Shown: piece after piece, positions 17,301 through 25,815 of the stretch
How the letters are laid out: each line of letters starts with the position of its first letter
Position numbering within the stretch: the stretch's first letter is position 1
Source: Candidatus Saccharimonas aalborgensis
GTDB taxonomy: Bacteria > Patescibacteriota > Saccharimonadia > Saccharimonadales > Saccharimonadaceae
Reading direction: 5' to 3'
Length of the DNA stretch: 32,000 bases
Assembly (NCBI RefSeq): GCF_000392435.1
Contig: NC_021219.1
Span: 480,001-512,000, forward strand
Position numbers and translations under genes: made by a program
Notes under the pieces: model-generated
What the model was told of the DNA's origin: nothing
What the model saw: the letters and a program-made list of their open reading frames with translations, nothing else
The model's database searches: none

Positions 17301-17682
17301 GTGTCGTACCTGGTATGAGACTCATGTGGCCGTAAAATTGAAGTGCAACAAACGTCCCGCTCGTCGGTGTCGCTATGTAGTAACGCCCCGAGGAAATGCT
17401 ATGAGCAATCTGTACACCATCACCCGCTGTCACGCAGGCCTCTATCTGCTTTAGTTCATCAGTATCGTATTCTTTATAGTCAATTGTCGTATCATTACAA
17501 TCAACGACACGCTCTTGCTGGCTAGCGGGGCGCTCGACAGCTGAAGCGACGGTGAATTTGCCTTGGGCCCAATCTATTTCCGCAGCATATACCGACATCG
17601 AGAACACTGCCACAAGCAAAAATACAGCCATCACTCCCGCAAATGCTTTTAGTCTCCCAGTAGGTATCTGTCTGAACATCAC
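14275..17682 (-). CDS. Large secreted SGNH/GDSL hydrolase with N-terminal WD/propeller-like region and Ca-binding DxDxDG repeats
   Basis: Signal-like N-terminus; YLALGDSYSSGEGD (block I), GGNDVDFG (block III), GFHPNHFGHVDIA (catalytic D/H block); DIDEDGIDDSVDKC...NIDADHDGIDDACD. Start may be ATG 17679. Confidence 0.85.
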   Translation of the reverse strand: MMFRQIPTGRLKAFAGVMAVFLLVAVFSMSVYAAEIDWAQGKFTVASAVERPASQQERVVDCNDTTIDYKEYDTDELKQIEACVTAGDGVQIAHSISSGRYYIATPTSGTFVALQFYGHMSLIPGTTRVVMDINSELYIVYNILAHLDSHPSWDTHRIYSLNLAERDFPAAGVQQGITRYGISRNGRYVVYNAGDSYGVPGKLIRYDMETKENRVFGASPYSSIYSGYPVAALGVSDDGSTVVAGGSTDLKFWHITDSCLGPTEPQGPMNGYDTCPYKLYSQSDYGLIQGPDAWYPRTDDFHFDETGSELQFGYHGGASVQRTVTLYAPGHVDDRLDYLALGDSYSSGEGDTELQPNGNLKYYRNHTDDNGYSVVGGDLILNRPVEKCHISTRSYPYMLATGMELGSPYNTLPTKWQSIACSGATAWDVKEQGVDDYIGQGGRLKGYDYGALKAQALNEFIPGRQKQIEFVKKYQPKVITLTMGGNDVDFGGKINICVRKIETCDYATTQWREKMKNELIGQFENLSSLYSELSAASVNKAKVYVLGYPIFINGNPYAKCTNTFNLDSSEREFINNSIIYMNNIIEQAAKKAGVKYINIENAFGNHRLCDVDSQHVTAITNIFGANGNEQQEGFHPNHFGHVDIANAVWDAVGGQSLLDYQTCSDASVKICPDSSITAADAVVPPYFTEGVPPDDTEIHYYTLTNGTLVKMTETLNVNSGKYKFASETKVDITLYSDPTSLGQVTAASDGTASAQITIPSSVPAGYHTLVMRGIGADGKPLELYQTVEVRGPNPNDIDEDGIDDSVDKCAYITPLNIDADHDGIDDACDPEVNVPEAPYRVRLGDPARIYAGAPEKDNYLYLERRVNATTLTGVSGDNDPDGDGWAIVGASSGRTYSLAAPKSIPDTAPYANFTISNYDPVATTASASPIIPSIYLRAGDYGCVEYKPTSLSKVLPGEVRTLTLTAQSLTGSANHCRSEPATADADHDGQPDNAQLLYQARNGDALKGEDPTRIYLFRNFYAAEAQLGITDYSPTGTPANTPDKAIQPIQAWNLLATSKDVGYSPVVSKLAIVQDSMNIPIPYISAKKHTKDNPSSSICITYKPDTITQIKLATQSTRQLQLLKWKDIPGGVGCG

Positions 17683-17750
17683 TATGCACCTATACTACCC
17701 CTCGTGTTTATCTCATACAAGTATGCGGTCATAGAAGGTATACTGGATAT

Positions 17751-18875
17751 ATGAAGCAACCTCCAAAAATCGCTATCGTCTGCGAGTTTCTCAGTGTCAT
17801 GGGAGGCGCCGAAAATGTCGTGCTCGCTATGCACAAGCTTTTTCCCGACGCACCGATCTACACCGCACTGTATGATGCGTCGCGAGTACCGGCCTTTCAA
17901 GACGCAGATGTGCGAACGACGTGGCTACAAAAATTACCGCGATTTCTACGAAAGGCCTATCGCCTCTTTCCGACGCTCGCAGCAAATGCCTTTCGCCGTC
18001 TCGACCTCAGCGACTACGATATCATTCTGACCAGCTCCTATCTCAATGCAAATCAGGTTCAAAAAGCTCGTCCCGATCAAAAAATTATTTCCTATTGCCA
18101 CACACCTGCCCGCTACTACTGGAGTCACTACGAATTGTATAGAAAGAACCCCGCCTACGGACCGCTCAGCCCCTTCATCAAGCTCCTTATGCCGCTCATG
18201 GTTCCTCGTCAGCGCCGACGAGATTACGAAGCCGCGCAGCGCGTTGATGTATTTATCGCCAATTCAACCGAGACACAGCGCCGCATCAAAAAATATTACG
18301 GCCGACCTTCAACTGTCATTTACCCGCCAGTCGAGACTAAGCGTTTTAGTCCCGCGCGCACCCGTGGTGATTACTATGTAACCATGGGTCGCCAGCTGCC
18401 AAACAAGCGCTTTGATCTCGCCGTGAGCGCTTGTACTACATTAGGTGTTCCGCTCAAAGTTTACGGTAATGGCCCAATGCACGACGAGCTCGTCGCATTA
18501 GCGGGACCAACTGTATCGTTTTACACTGATCGCTTTGGTGATGCCTCAGATGCTGCACTCGAAGAAGCGATCAATCATGCAAAGGGATTTATTTTCCCCT
18601 CTGATGAGGACTTTGGTATCGTCACTGTCGAAGCGCTTGCGGCAGGTGCGCCCGTCATCGGCTATCGTAATGGCGGGACACTCGATATCGTCACCGACGG
18701 CGAAACAGGTGTGTTGTTTGATAACCAGACCGTAGAGGACGTCGTCAGCGCCATCAAACGCGCCGACACTATTCACTGGTTCCCAAGCAAACTAAGCCGC
18801 ACAGCGACACGGTTTGACGCAGGACTCTTCGCGACAAAACTGCGCAAAATTGTACTCGATAACTATAAAGGATAA
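17751..18875 (+). CDS. Family 4 glycosyltransferase (mannosyltransferase-like)
   Basis: VCEFLSVMGGAENVVLAMHKLFPDAPIYTA...YCHTPARYYW...VIYPPVETKRF...GRQLPNKRFDLAVSA...FPSDEDFGIVTVEALAAGAPVIGY. Confidence 0.88.
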   Translation: MKQPPKIAIVCEFLSVMGGAENVVLAMHKLFPDAPIYTALYDASRVPAFQDADVRTTWLQKLPRFLRKAYRLFPTLAANAFRRLDLSDYDIILTSSYLNANQVQKARPDQKIISYCHTPARYYWSHYELYRKNPAYGPLSPFIKLLMPLMVPRQRRRDYEAAQRVDVFIANSTETQRRIKKYYGRPSTVIYPPVETKRFSPARTRGDYYVTMGRQLPNKRFDLAVSACTTLGVPLKVYGNGPMHDELVALAGPTVSFYTDRFGDASDAALEEAINHAKGFIFPSDEDFGIVTVEALAAGAPVIGYRNGGTLDIVTDGETGVLFDNQTVEDVVSAIKRADTIHWFPSKLSRTATRFDAGLFATKLRKIVLDNYKG

Positions 18876-18882
18876 GGAGTCT

Positions 18883-19434
18883 ATGAACGAAATACCATCG
18901 AAAACACCGACAAGCTCGCGAGTTGTGTACCAAAACCCCTGGATCACCATCCACGAAGACCAAACTATTACACCAGATGGTCAGACCGGCATCTATGGCT
19001 ATATGCGGTCGCGCGACTCGGTGATGGTGACGGTACTTGACGAAGACAACCGTGTATTTCTACTAAGAGCCTTTCGCTACCCATCGAACTCTTGGGGGTG
19101 GGAGCTACCGGGCGGGGGTGGTGATGGTGAGCAGTTACTTGATGCATCAAAGCGCGAGCTCGAGGAAGAAACAGGTATTCGTGCCGACTCATGGGAGTTG
19201 CTCGGAACCGATTATGTCTGCAACGGCCTGATGACCGAACGTATGGCAACCTACCTTGCTCGCGGTCACCGAACTGACGGCGAACGTGAGATATCTGATG
19301 AAACCTTTGCCGGCGAGCGTTTTTTTACCCTAGACGAAGTTGACGAATTGATTTTGAATGGAGGAATTAACGATTGTCAGACAATGACTGGTCTCCATCA
19401 TCTTAAGGTCTGGCTCAAACACCAGACGGCATAA
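18883..19434 (+). CDS. NUDIX hydrolase (ADP-ribose pyrophosphatase-like)
   Basis: Nudix box GGGGDGEQLLDASKRELEEETGIRADSWELLG; AAGGAG SD before ATG 18883. The ORF track start at 18814 is too early. Confidence 0.85.
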   Translation: MNEIPSKTPTSSRVVYQNPWITIHEDQTITPDGQTGIYGYMRSRDSVMVTVLDEDNRVFLLRAFRYPSNSWGWELPGGGGDGEQLLDASKRELEEETGIRADSWELLGTDYVCNGLMTERMATYLARGHRTDGEREISDETFAGERFFTLDEVDELILNGGINDCQTMTGLHHLKVWLKHQTA

Positions 19435-21261
19435 CTACTCAACCGTAACACTTTTGGCAAGATTTCGCGGCTGGTCGACATCATTTCCCTTGGCAACTGC
19501 CATATAGTAGGCCAGGAGTTGCGAGACAACATTGAATACAAGGGGAGTGAGGAGTGTCAACTTGGTTGACAGCCTAATGACAGTTTCAGCCGCCACCCGC
19601 CGATCAGTGTCAGTGATAGCAATCACATGCGCGCCGCGCGCATTCATCTCGATCAGGTTGCTCTGCGTCTTTTCGTAGAGCCAGTTATCCTGGAGATAAC
19701 ACACTTCAAAGAACCGGTCATCGATCAGCGCGATCGGACCGTGCTTCAGTTCGCCCGCGGCATACCCCTCGGCATGAATATAACTGACTTCCTTGAGCTT
19801 GAGTGCACCCTCAAGAGCGATGGGGAAGAGTGCATCACGACCAACATAGAGGGCATGTTCATAGCTAGCATACTTTTTTGCCACTTTTTTTACGTCACCA
19901 ACTGACTTCTCTATCACTTTCTCAATTTCACTTGGTAGCTGGTCAAGCTCCGTGATGTACTGACTCAACTCTTTAGGATTCACCCCCTTTGCCGAAGCCA
20001 TCATCAGCGCGAATATGACGATCGCTGCCACCTGTGAGGTAAAGGCCTTGGTACTGGCAACACTTATCTCTGCGCCGACATGCACATAGACGCCGCCATC
20101 GACTTCGCGCGCGATGGTACTCCCGACAACATTGACGACACCGAGGCATTTTACTCCGCGTCGCTTCAATTCTTGTAGACAGGCGAGTGTGTCAGCAGTC
20201 TCACCACTTTGACTGACGATCAGCGCAATCGTATTATCTGGAACCGTAAACGATCGATAGCGAAGTTCGCTAGCGATATAGGAGTTTATCGTCACACCGT
20301 CCAAAAACTGCTCGGCGATATACCCCGCCATCAAACCAGCGTAGTAGGCGGTTCCACAGCCTATCACCATGACATTTTTTACCGCACGCAGCTCTTCATT
20401 TGTCATATTGATGCCGCCTAGTTTCGCGGTCATCGTATCAGTATGAACCCGTCCGCTTAGCGTTGAACGGAGGCTCTCTGGCTGTTCATAGATTTCTTTG
20501 AGTAGGAAATGCTTATAGCCTTTCTTTTGGATTGCCTCAAGGTCAAGCTCGAGCGTTTCGATCTGTGACTCGACGGCATGTGCCTCGCTATCATACAGTT
20601 GTACACCGTCACGGGTGCACAGTCCGATCTCGCCATCATGGAGATAAATTACTCTGTCAGTATGCCCAAGTAGTGCGCTAGCATCACTCGCCACAAACAC
20701 CTCGCCCTCACCGACACCCACAATGAGCGGGCTGCCTTTGCGGGCAACGACTAGTTCGTCTGGATTTTTATCACTCACTACACCAATACCATACGCCCCT
20801 ACTACTAGCTGGAGCGCTCCGCTCACCGCCTCAAGTAAATCATGGTTTTTTTGATACAGGGAGTCAATGAGCGCCGTCAGCACTTCGCTGTCAGTATCAC
20901 TCTTGAAGTCATAGCCACGTTTTGACAATGTGTTCTTCAATTCCAAATAGTTCTCGATAATCCCATTATGAACCAGATAGAGGTCTCCGGCATTATGCGG
21001 GTGGGCATTTCGCTTGCTCGGTGCACCGTGAGTTGCCCAGCGAGTATGACCGATACCGACACTATCCCTTGTCCTGTGTTCACGTACTTTTGCCTCAAGC
21101 TCGACAACTTTACCCTTTGCTCTCAGGAGCGTTGGCTTACCGGTCACATCAAGCGTCACAATTCCCGCGCTGTCATACCCACGATACTCGAGCCGTTTGA
21201 GTCCATTAAGGAGTAGCTGCTGAACTGGCTTTTTGCCGATATATCCTACGATTCCGCACAT
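19435..21261 (-). CDS. glmS: Glutamine-fructose-6-phosphate aminotransferase (isomerizing)
   Basis: MCGIVGYIGKKPV...GHTRWATHGAPS...NGIIENY...two SIS domains (CGTAYYAGLMAGYI; SQSGETADTLACL; DQPRNLAKSVTVE C-terminus). Confidence 0.97.
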   Translation of the reverse strand: MCGIVGYIGKKPVQQLLLNGLKRLEYRGYDSAGIVTLDVTGKPTLLRAKGKVVELEAKVREHRTRDSVGIGHTRWATHGAPSKRNAHPHNAGDLYLVHNGIIENYLELKNTLSKRGYDFKSDTDSEVLTALIDSLYQKNHDLLEAVSGALQLVVGAYGIGVVSDKNPDELVVARKGSPLIVGVGEGEVFVASDASALLGHTDRVIYLHDGEIGLCTRDGVQLYDSEAHAVESQIETLELDLEAIQKKGYKHFLLKEIYEQPESLRSTLSGRVHTDTMTAKLGGINMTNEELRAVKNVMVIGCGTAYYAGLMAGYIAEQFLDGVTINSYIASELRYRSFTVPDNTIALIVSQSGETADTLACLQELKRRGVKCLGVVNVVGSTIAREVDGGVYVHVGAEISVASTKAFTSQVAAIVIFALMMASAKGVNPKELSQYITELDQLPSEIEKVIEKSVGDVKKVAKKYASYEHALYVGRDALFPIALEGALKLKEVSYIHAEGYAAGELKHGPIALIDDRFFEVCYLQDNWLYEKTQSNLIEMNARGAHVIAITDTDRRVAAETVIRLSTKLTLLTPLVFNVVSQLLAYYMAVAKGNDVDQPRNLAKSVTVE

Positions 21262-21365
21262 GTCATTTGTCCTTTCACGGGTAGTGAGTGTACCGTCTTA
21301 TGCTTTACGTATGATAGCGCAAAATTAATAGAATTACTATAAATGTAGGAATTACAACAAATTGA

Positions 21366-22397
21366 TCAACTAGTCTGTATCTGTTTAGCTACATCACCAA
21401 CGCTGCGTGACTGGCTTTTGTCCACCACGACAATCCCCTCATCGGTCACCACGGCTGCAACATTATTAAGCCCGATCACTGCCACGGGGATGGACGTCAT
21501 ATTGGCGATATAGCTGTTATTCACATTGAAAACCCGAGCCATCCCTCGGATAGTATTTTCATCCGCATCATGTGCCGAAACTGCATAGAGGTCCTGGTAA
21601 TTCCCTATGTCGATCCAGTCAAAGGTGCAGGCGACAACATGTGCGCCTTTCATTTTTTCGGAGAGCACATGGTCCAAGATTGCGCCCTCTTGGTGTGTAT
21701 ATACCTCCTCGATTTCCCCTTCATCCGCCTCTACGATCGCTTGATACTCAGCATAACTCTCGGGACTCTCGCGTTTTATTTCACCCATGATGTACTGCAC
21801 CGTCGACACAAAGTAGCCAGCGTTCCATAGATATTGTCCCGACTCAAACCAGCCATTAGCCGTTTCTTGGTCGGGCTGATATTTCCAGGATTCGATCGCG
21901 TAGACATTGCTGCCATGCTGGTTTCCGCCTTTTTTGATATATCCGAGTTGATTTGATGGATAAGTGGGGATGATACCAAATTGGACTAGTTTTGCACCGC
22001 CTTGTACCGCAGCCTCCGCTTCCTTGACGGTACGTTCAAACGTCTCTGTATCACGGATAAGATGGTCGGACCAAAGGATAAATACTGGTTCGTCATCAGA
22101 GTAGCCATCCCGCAACAGTCGACGAATTCCTAGATAGAGCGCATTCGCCACACCTTTTCGCGCTGGCTCTACCACGATATTATCTGCGATTTCGGGCAGT
22201 TGGCGCTTTGTTTCTTCGGCAATTGGTGCACTCGTCACAACATAGGTGGCCTGCGAAAACTCTCTGACGCGTTCATACGTTTTTCGGAGCAGCGACTTCC
22301 CTGTTGCATCGATGGACAGAAATTGCTTTGGTTTATCAGGGGTACTGAGCGGCCAAAGACGCGTCCCTGATCCGCCGGCGATAATAATAGTGATCAT
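21366..22397 (-). CDS. manC: Mannose-1-phosphate guanylyltransferase
   Basis: ITIIIAGGSGTRLWPLSTPDKPKQF, ILWSDHLI, WNAGYFV, DWIDIGNYQDL. Confidence 0.87.
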   Translation of the reverse strand: MITIIIAGGSGTRLWPLSTPDKPKQFLSIDATGKSLLRKTYERVREFSQATYVVTSAPIAEETKRQLPEIADNIVVEPARKGVANALYLGIRRLLRDGYSDDEPVFILWSDHLIRDTETFERTVKEAEAAVQGGAKLVQFGIIPTYPSNQLGYIKKGGNQHGSNVYAIESWKYQPDQETANGWFESGQYLWNAGYFVSTVQYIMGEIKRESPESYAEYQAIVEADEGEIEEVYTHQEGAILDHVLSEKMKGAHVVACTFDWIDIGNYQDLYAVSAHDADENTIRGMARVFNVNNSYIANMTSIPVAVIGLNNVAAVVTDEGIVVVDKSQSRSVGDVAKQIQTS

Positions 22398-22502
22398 ATA
22401 TCTATTATAGTAGACGATGTAGAAGTTGCCCCCTATTTATTACTCCTATTTCGACATATACTAGTAGGATAATACAATCTATCTGGGTGGTAGGAGGCAA
22501 CA

Positions 22503-22757
22503 ATGAAAAGTCATGAACAACTACTCGCTCAAGCAAGTGATCCGACCCGGGACCATGACTGTCCCTATTTGGAGCACCTACGCTCCCTAACAGAACGAAC
22601 CCAGGGAATGGGCTCGAGAGGCATAGAATTATATCGATTAACCAGCCTCGTTTCACATCTGGAGACCCTGCACCAAGGTGGCAACTGTCCCCCTACCCAC
22701 ATCGATAAATATCCGACAAGCGAGTGGGAAGACTGGCTCGAGCGCAGCGCCGTCTAG
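22503..22757 (+). CDS. Small hypothetical protein
   Basis: 84 aa ORF with strong AGGAGG SD 5 nt before ATG, between two clearly coding genes. Confidence 0.5.
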   Translation: MKSHEQLLAQASDPTRDHDCPYLEHLRSLTERTQGMGSRGIELYRLTSLVSHLETLHQGGNCPPTHIDKYPTSEWEDWLERSAV

Positions 22758-22846
22758 ATAGCAGGGAATTTCATCGCCCACCCTATGCATTTGGAGTGTT
22801 TCGTGTTACTATAAACATAGGCAATATTTAAAATAAATACCCCTGT

Positions 22847-23389
22847 ATGAGAATTCAAAATCGCAATCAAACACGACCCATCCTTGTCTTTTCAGCCATC
22901 GTTGGCATTGTGCTTTTTACATTGCTCGGTGCGTCGTACTATTTTAAGAAATGGCCATTCTCTCCTGCCTCGAGTAGTACTTCCCAGACTAATTCCACTA
23001 TCAACTACACCAAGCCAACAGAGCAGCAGATGACAGCAGGCACACAGGCAAAAGAACAAGCCGCCGCAAACAGCAGCCAGCAGAATACAGACAAAAAGGA
23101 TACTCCTCTGGGGGTTACCCTCACAACCGTCCAGCCCGGCACGGTTGTCTATATTAGAGCAATGATCGACAAAGTAACTACCTCTGCAACCTGCCACCTC
23201 GCAATGGTAGGCCCAGGTCAAAAGACCTACTCTGCCGAAGCCCCTACACAAGCGCTTGCTGGTACGTCGACCTGCCGAGGATTTAACATTCCAATGACCT
23301 CGTTGGCACCAGGGATATGGAAGATTACTGTCTCAGTGACAGACGACGGGACGCTCAGCGGTTCTGCGACCACGGAGAAAGAATTATGA
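22847..23389 (+). CDS. Single-TM secreted protein with beta-rich ectodomain
   Basis: ILVFSAIVGIVLFTLLGASYYF TM, low-complexity linker, then GVTLTTVQPGTVVYIRAMIDKVTTSATCHLAMVGPGQ. Ends ATGA-coupled to the next gene. Confidence 0.65.
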   Translation: MRIQNRNQTRPILVFSAIVGIVLFTLLGASYYFKKWPFSPASSSTSQTNSTINYTKPTEQQMTAGTQAKEQAAANSSQQNTDKKDTPLGVTLTTVQPGTVVYIRAMIDKVTTSATCHLAMVGPGQKTYSAEAPTQALAGTSTCRGFNIPMTSLAPGIWKITVSVTDDGTLSGSATTEKEL

Positions 23390-24642
23390 TGAAAAAAGGT
23401 CTCTACCTAAGTGCTTTTTTGCTTATAGTGTGCGTCTTTGCTCACGCTCCTTCTGTCAATGCAGCGACGTTTGACCCAGGGAGAATCATCGATGACGCCG
23501 TGTTTACCAACTACACATCGATGAACGTTGCGAATATTCAGTCTTTCCTGAATAGCAAAGTCCCGTCATGCGACACAAATGGTACGCAACCAGCAAGCGA
23601 CTTCGGAAGACCAGACCTTACTCACGCTCAATACGCAGCGCTCAAAGGCTGGCAGGCGCCGCCATATACCTGTCTACGTGATTATACCGAAAATGGTAAA
23701 TCTGCCGCTCAAGTAATCTATGATGTCTCGCAACAATACCACATCAACCCCCAGGTATTCATTGTATTGTTGCAAAAAGAAACTGGCCTCGTCACTGATA
23801 CATGGCCGCTTGCATGGCAGTACCGAACCGCTACTGGCTATGGCTGCCCCGATAGTACACCAGGGGTGTGTGACTCTACTTATAATGGATACACTAACCA
23901 GGTGAGTTGGGCGGGGAGATTATTTCGTTCGGTCGTCGATCAAAGCCCTTCCTGGTATTCACCGTATGTAATGGGGCCCAACTACGTTCAGTGGAGTCCA
24001 AATGCATCGTGTGGTGGAACAATCGTCAACGTGCAAAACTGGTCTACTGCCGCTCTATATGACTATACTCCTTACCAACCAAACGCAGCCGCCCTTGCTG
24101 CTGGCTATGGAAAGGGTGACTCTTGCAGCGCTTATGGCAATAGGAATTTCTTCCTCTACTTCACTGAGTGGTTCGGTGACACAACCCTTCCAGACCGCCC
24201 TCTCATCACTAACTACAATAGCAACCTCTGTACCTACCTAAAAGCAACTCGAGAGCCGCACATATCATACTGTACGCCAGTTCAATCTGGCGACTTCAAC
24301 GGTGATGGCTATGCTGATCTTGCGGTTACATCAACCTACCCCGATGGACAATCATTCAATCTTTGGCTGTTTCCCGGTTCGGCAACAGGCTTAGGTGATC
24401 CAGTATTCCAGCAACATTTTAGTAGTTCTCAGTACTGGATGATAAACAACTTGAAGATCACAGCTACAAATATCAATGGCGACGCCTATACCGACCTTAC
24501 TATGTTTGCTGCTAATGCCTACGACGGTATTACGGTAGTACAAATCAATGGGGACGCTAGTGGACTGAAGTCAGCTCCCGTGATGAACACCGTGAGAAAC
24601 CTCCAGCCAAATCTTGGGTGGAGGTGGTCGAATATCCGTTAA
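23386..24642 (+). CDS. Secreted protein with lysozyme/transglycosylase-like N-terminal domain and FG-GAP repeats
   Basis: Signal peptide MMKKGLYLSAFLLIVCVFAHAPSVNA; YHINPQVFIVLLQKETGLVTD (SLT-like ExxL.. region); FNGDGYADLAV and INGDAYTDLTM (FG-GAP). ATG 23386 overlaps the stop of the previous gene. Confidence 0.7.
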   Translation: MMKKGLYLSAFLLIVCVFAHAPSVNAATFDPGRIIDDAVFTNYTSMNVANIQSFLNSKVPSCDTNGTQPASDFGRPDLTHAQYAALKGWQAPPYTCLRDYTENGKSAAQVIYDVSQQYHINPQVFIVLLQKETGLVTDTWPLAWQYRTATGYGCPDSTPGVCDSTYNGYTNQVSWAGRLFRSVVDQSPSWYSPYVMGPNYVQWSPNASCGGTIVNVQNWSTAALYDYTPYQPNAAALAAGYGKGDSCSAYGNRNFFLYFTEWFGDTTLPDRPLITNYNSNLCTYLKATREPHISYCTPVQSGDFNGDGYADLAVTSTYPDGQSFNLWLFPGSATGLGDPVFQQHFSSSQYWMINNLKITATNINGDAYTDLTMFAANAYDGITVVQINGDASGLKSAPVMNTVRNLQPNLGWRWSNIR

Positions 24643-24699
24643 TTACTTTTTGTTATATCCCAAAAAACGACCGGTATAAGTAGAATCATGTCGTACTTG

Positions 24700-25812
24700 C
24701 TAGCTTCTTCTTAGTATACCGGCAATACGCTTACAGCAGTGACCGTCACCATAGGGGTTCACTGCTTTTGCCATTCTGTCATATAATCCCTCGGTATTAT
24801 CGAGAAGCCTCTTGGCATAATAGAGTATTTTTGCGGTATCGGTGCCTACCAGACATGCCGTTCCCGCCTCTACTCCCTCTGGTCGCTCAGTAACCTCTCT
24901 CAATACAAGTACCGGTTTACCAAGCGAGGGAGCCTCCTCCTGGATACCACCCGAATCGGTCAAGACGATATAGCTCCTATTCATCATCCACACAAGCTCA
25001 GGGTAGTCAAACGGCTCAAAGAGATGGATATTCTCAACACCCTTTAGCTTTGTATTTACGACTGACCGGACATTTGGATTAAGGTGCACGGGAAATATGA
25101 TTTCGACGTCAGTCCGGGCGGCGAGCTGCTTAATCACACTGCAGATATTTTCCATTCCCTCACCAAAGTTCTCACGACGGTGAGCAGTTACGAGTATTAT
25201 TTTTTTATTTATAAAATCAATATCCTTAAATCTATCTTCAATAGACTTGTCGCTCTCGACACGCTCGGTAGCAGCAATGATTGCATCGGTCACCGTGTTT
25301 CCTACTTTGAAAATATTATCTTCTGGGACTCTCTCGTAGAGTAATGCCTGCTGCGCATTAGTAGTAGGAGCAAAATGATATTTTGCGAGCTTTGAGATAA
25401 GTAGCCTGTTGGCTTCCTCGGGAAAAGGAGCATATATGTCACCGGTGCGCAAACCTGCTTCAACGTGAGCGATATCAATTTGATGATAGAAGCCCCCGAG
25501 CGCTCCAACCAATGCAGTCGTAGTATCACCCTGAACGATTATCACATTGGGCATAAAGTCATTGATGACATGATCGACTTTTGCCAGTATTGACCCTGTG
25601 ACATCAAACAGGTTCTGTCCCGATTTCATAACGTTTAATTCATAATCAGGTGTGATATTAAAAAACTCCAATACTTGATCAAGCATCTCTCTGTGTTGGC
25701 CTGTCGAGCATACTTTAACTTCAAACTCGGGTGATTTTTTCATTTCGATAACAAGTGGGGCTAGTTTTATAGCTTCAGGACGTGTGCCAAATATAATCAG
25801 AACTTTTTTCAT
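24700..25812 (-). CDS. wecB: UDP-N-acetylglucosamine 2-epimerase (non-hydrolysing)
   Basis: MKKVLIIFGTRPEAIKLAPLV...CSTGQHREMLDQVL...VQGDTTTALVGAL...HVEAGLRTGDIYAPFPEEANR...DSGGIQEEAPSLGKPVLVLR.TERPE. Confidence 0.95.
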   Translation of the reverse strand: MKKVLIIFGTRPEAIKLAPLVIEMKKSPEFEVKVCSTGQHREMLDQVLEFFNITPDYELNVMKSGQNLFDVTGSILAKVDHVINDFMPNVIIVQGDTTTALVGALGGFYHQIDIAHVEAGLRTGDIYAPFPEEANRLLISKLAKYHFAPTTNAQQALLYERVPEDNIFKVGNTVTDAIIAATERVESDKSIEDRFKDIDFINKKIILVTAHRRENFGEGMENICSVIKQLAARTDVEIIFPVHLNPNVRSVVNTKLKGVENIHLFEPFDYPELVWMMNRSYIVLTDSGGIQEEAPSLGKPVLVLREVTERPEGVEAGTACLVGTDTAKILYYAKRLLDNTEGLYDRMAKAVNPYGDGHCCKRIAGILRRS

Positions 25813-25815
25813 AGA

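Noticed and set aside
23317-23385. Upstream extension of the FG-GAP protein ORF
   Set aside because: It lacks a signal peptide at its N-terminus and overlaps the preceding gene. The ATG at 23386 with signal peptide and ATGA coupling is far better.
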